Shown here: one piece after another, positions 63,207 to 64,000 of the stretch
Layout: the number at the start of each line of letters is the position of its first letter
Numbering within the stretch: position 1 is the first letter of the stretch
Source: Histomonas meleagridis 2922-C6/04-290x
Taxonomy: Eukaryota; Protista; Parabasalia
Reading direction: 5' to 3'
Assembly (NCBI GenBank): GCA_020184695.1
Contig: JAANOX010000047.1
Span: 62,001-126,000, forward strand
Length of the DNA stretch: 64,000 bases
Program-made: the position numbers and the translations under genes
Notes under the pieces: model-generated
What the model saw: only the letters and a program-made list of their open reading frames with translations
The model's database searches: none
Told to the model about the DNA's origin: nothing

Positions 63207-63842
63207 ATGACAGAAGAAAAGTCGGCAGCAGCACAGGAACACGAAAAGCAAAGATTCCAAATGCAAGACATTAAAAAAAGTCTTGAACCATATACTTCTA
63301 TCTATGAGAATATTCAAGGAATGCTTTTCTGGAGAAGACCAATTCCAATGTTGATCTTCTTAATAATTGTCGAATTAGTTTTCTTATTCACTGGCACAGG
63401 AGAACTTGGTTTTCTTTCTGTCTTATCCATGATAATCACTTTTAGGTATATCATTGAAATAATTTATCATTTGTTTGGTGATTTCATTACAGAAAAATTA
63501 TTCCCACCCATTGATAAAGGTGCTGAAGGAGATCCCAACCGTATCTATCCATTGGAACCATTCTGCGAGATAATTGCAAGTGTTGCATCATTTGGGTATT
63601 CCGCTGTTAATAGGCTTCTTTTTGATTCTACACCTCAAGGAATTTTGTTAGCAATTGCAGTGTTCCTCTTTATGTTTATCTTCTTTTGGGTTTGTGGAAC
63701 ATTCAACACCATTCTTGTGATAACTCATTTACTCATCCTCGCACCTGGAATTCTTTTCCATCCAAAGTTTTATCAGTACACACGTGGTTTCCTTGAAAAT
63801 TTACACAAGTTCATTTGTGGAACCCATAAAAAATCAGAGTAA
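63207..63842 (+). CDS. Reticulon-like membrane protein
   Basis: LFWRRP followed by two long (~35-aa) hydrophobic segments separated by a ~60-aa loop. Confidence 0.6.
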   Translation: MTEEKSAAAQEHEKQRFQMQDIKKSLEPYTSIYENIQGMLFWRRPIPMLIFLIIVELVFLFTGTGELGFLSVLSMIITFRYIIEIIYHLFGDFITEKLFPPIDKGAEGDPNRIYPLEPFCEIIASVASFGYSAVNRLLFDSTPQGILLAIAVFLFMFIFFWVCGTFNTILVITHLLILAPGILFHPKFYQYTRGFLENLHKFICGTHKKSE

Positions 63843-64000
63843 ACATTTTGATTTTAAATGTAATTATTAATGTTACGCATTTGCACCTTCTTAAGTCTGA
63901 TTAATTTTTGTTTTTAACATTGATTTCTTGATCATATTTTCATTTTTGATAATTTGTTCAAAAAAGATTTTAACAAATATATAGTAGAAAAGGAATAATT

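Overview
AT-rich, gene-dense eukaryotic DNA, almost certainly from a parabasalid (trichomonad, Tritrichomonas-like). This rests on a Trichomonas-type ubiquitin ([17 protein letters not shown]), Inr/M3/M5-type core promoters, BspA, DUF3447-ankyrin and BEACH genes, and an absence of canonical introns. About 30 single-exon genes use the standard code: two Rabs, BEACH, an ABCB half-transporter, a bacterial-type homocysteine S-methyltransferase, Ub-L40, TBL1, a CRIB-STE20 kinase, NECAP, a methyltransferase, nicastrin, an EF-hand protein, Piezo, FANCD2, BspA, GT47 exostosin, ITPA, an importin-beta-like protein, a nucleoplasmin-like protein and coiled-coil proteins. There are also three simple-repeat arrays and a pseudogene. 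The standout is a DUF3447-ankyrin gene (41142-43748, minus strand). Nine consecutive ankyrin-repeat junctions are each interrupted at the same position by a frameshifting AT-rich insert of near-invariant length. The D-to-T spacer is 80 nt in 8 of 9 junctions (83 nt in one) instead of the expected 12 nt. The inserts lack usable GT-AG ends and trichomonad intron motifs but share an internal ATAATATTTGGA motif, while the ankyrin segments between them stay intact. This suggests a non-canonical splicing or recoding system. No rRNA, tRNA, CRISPR array or recognisable transposon was found.
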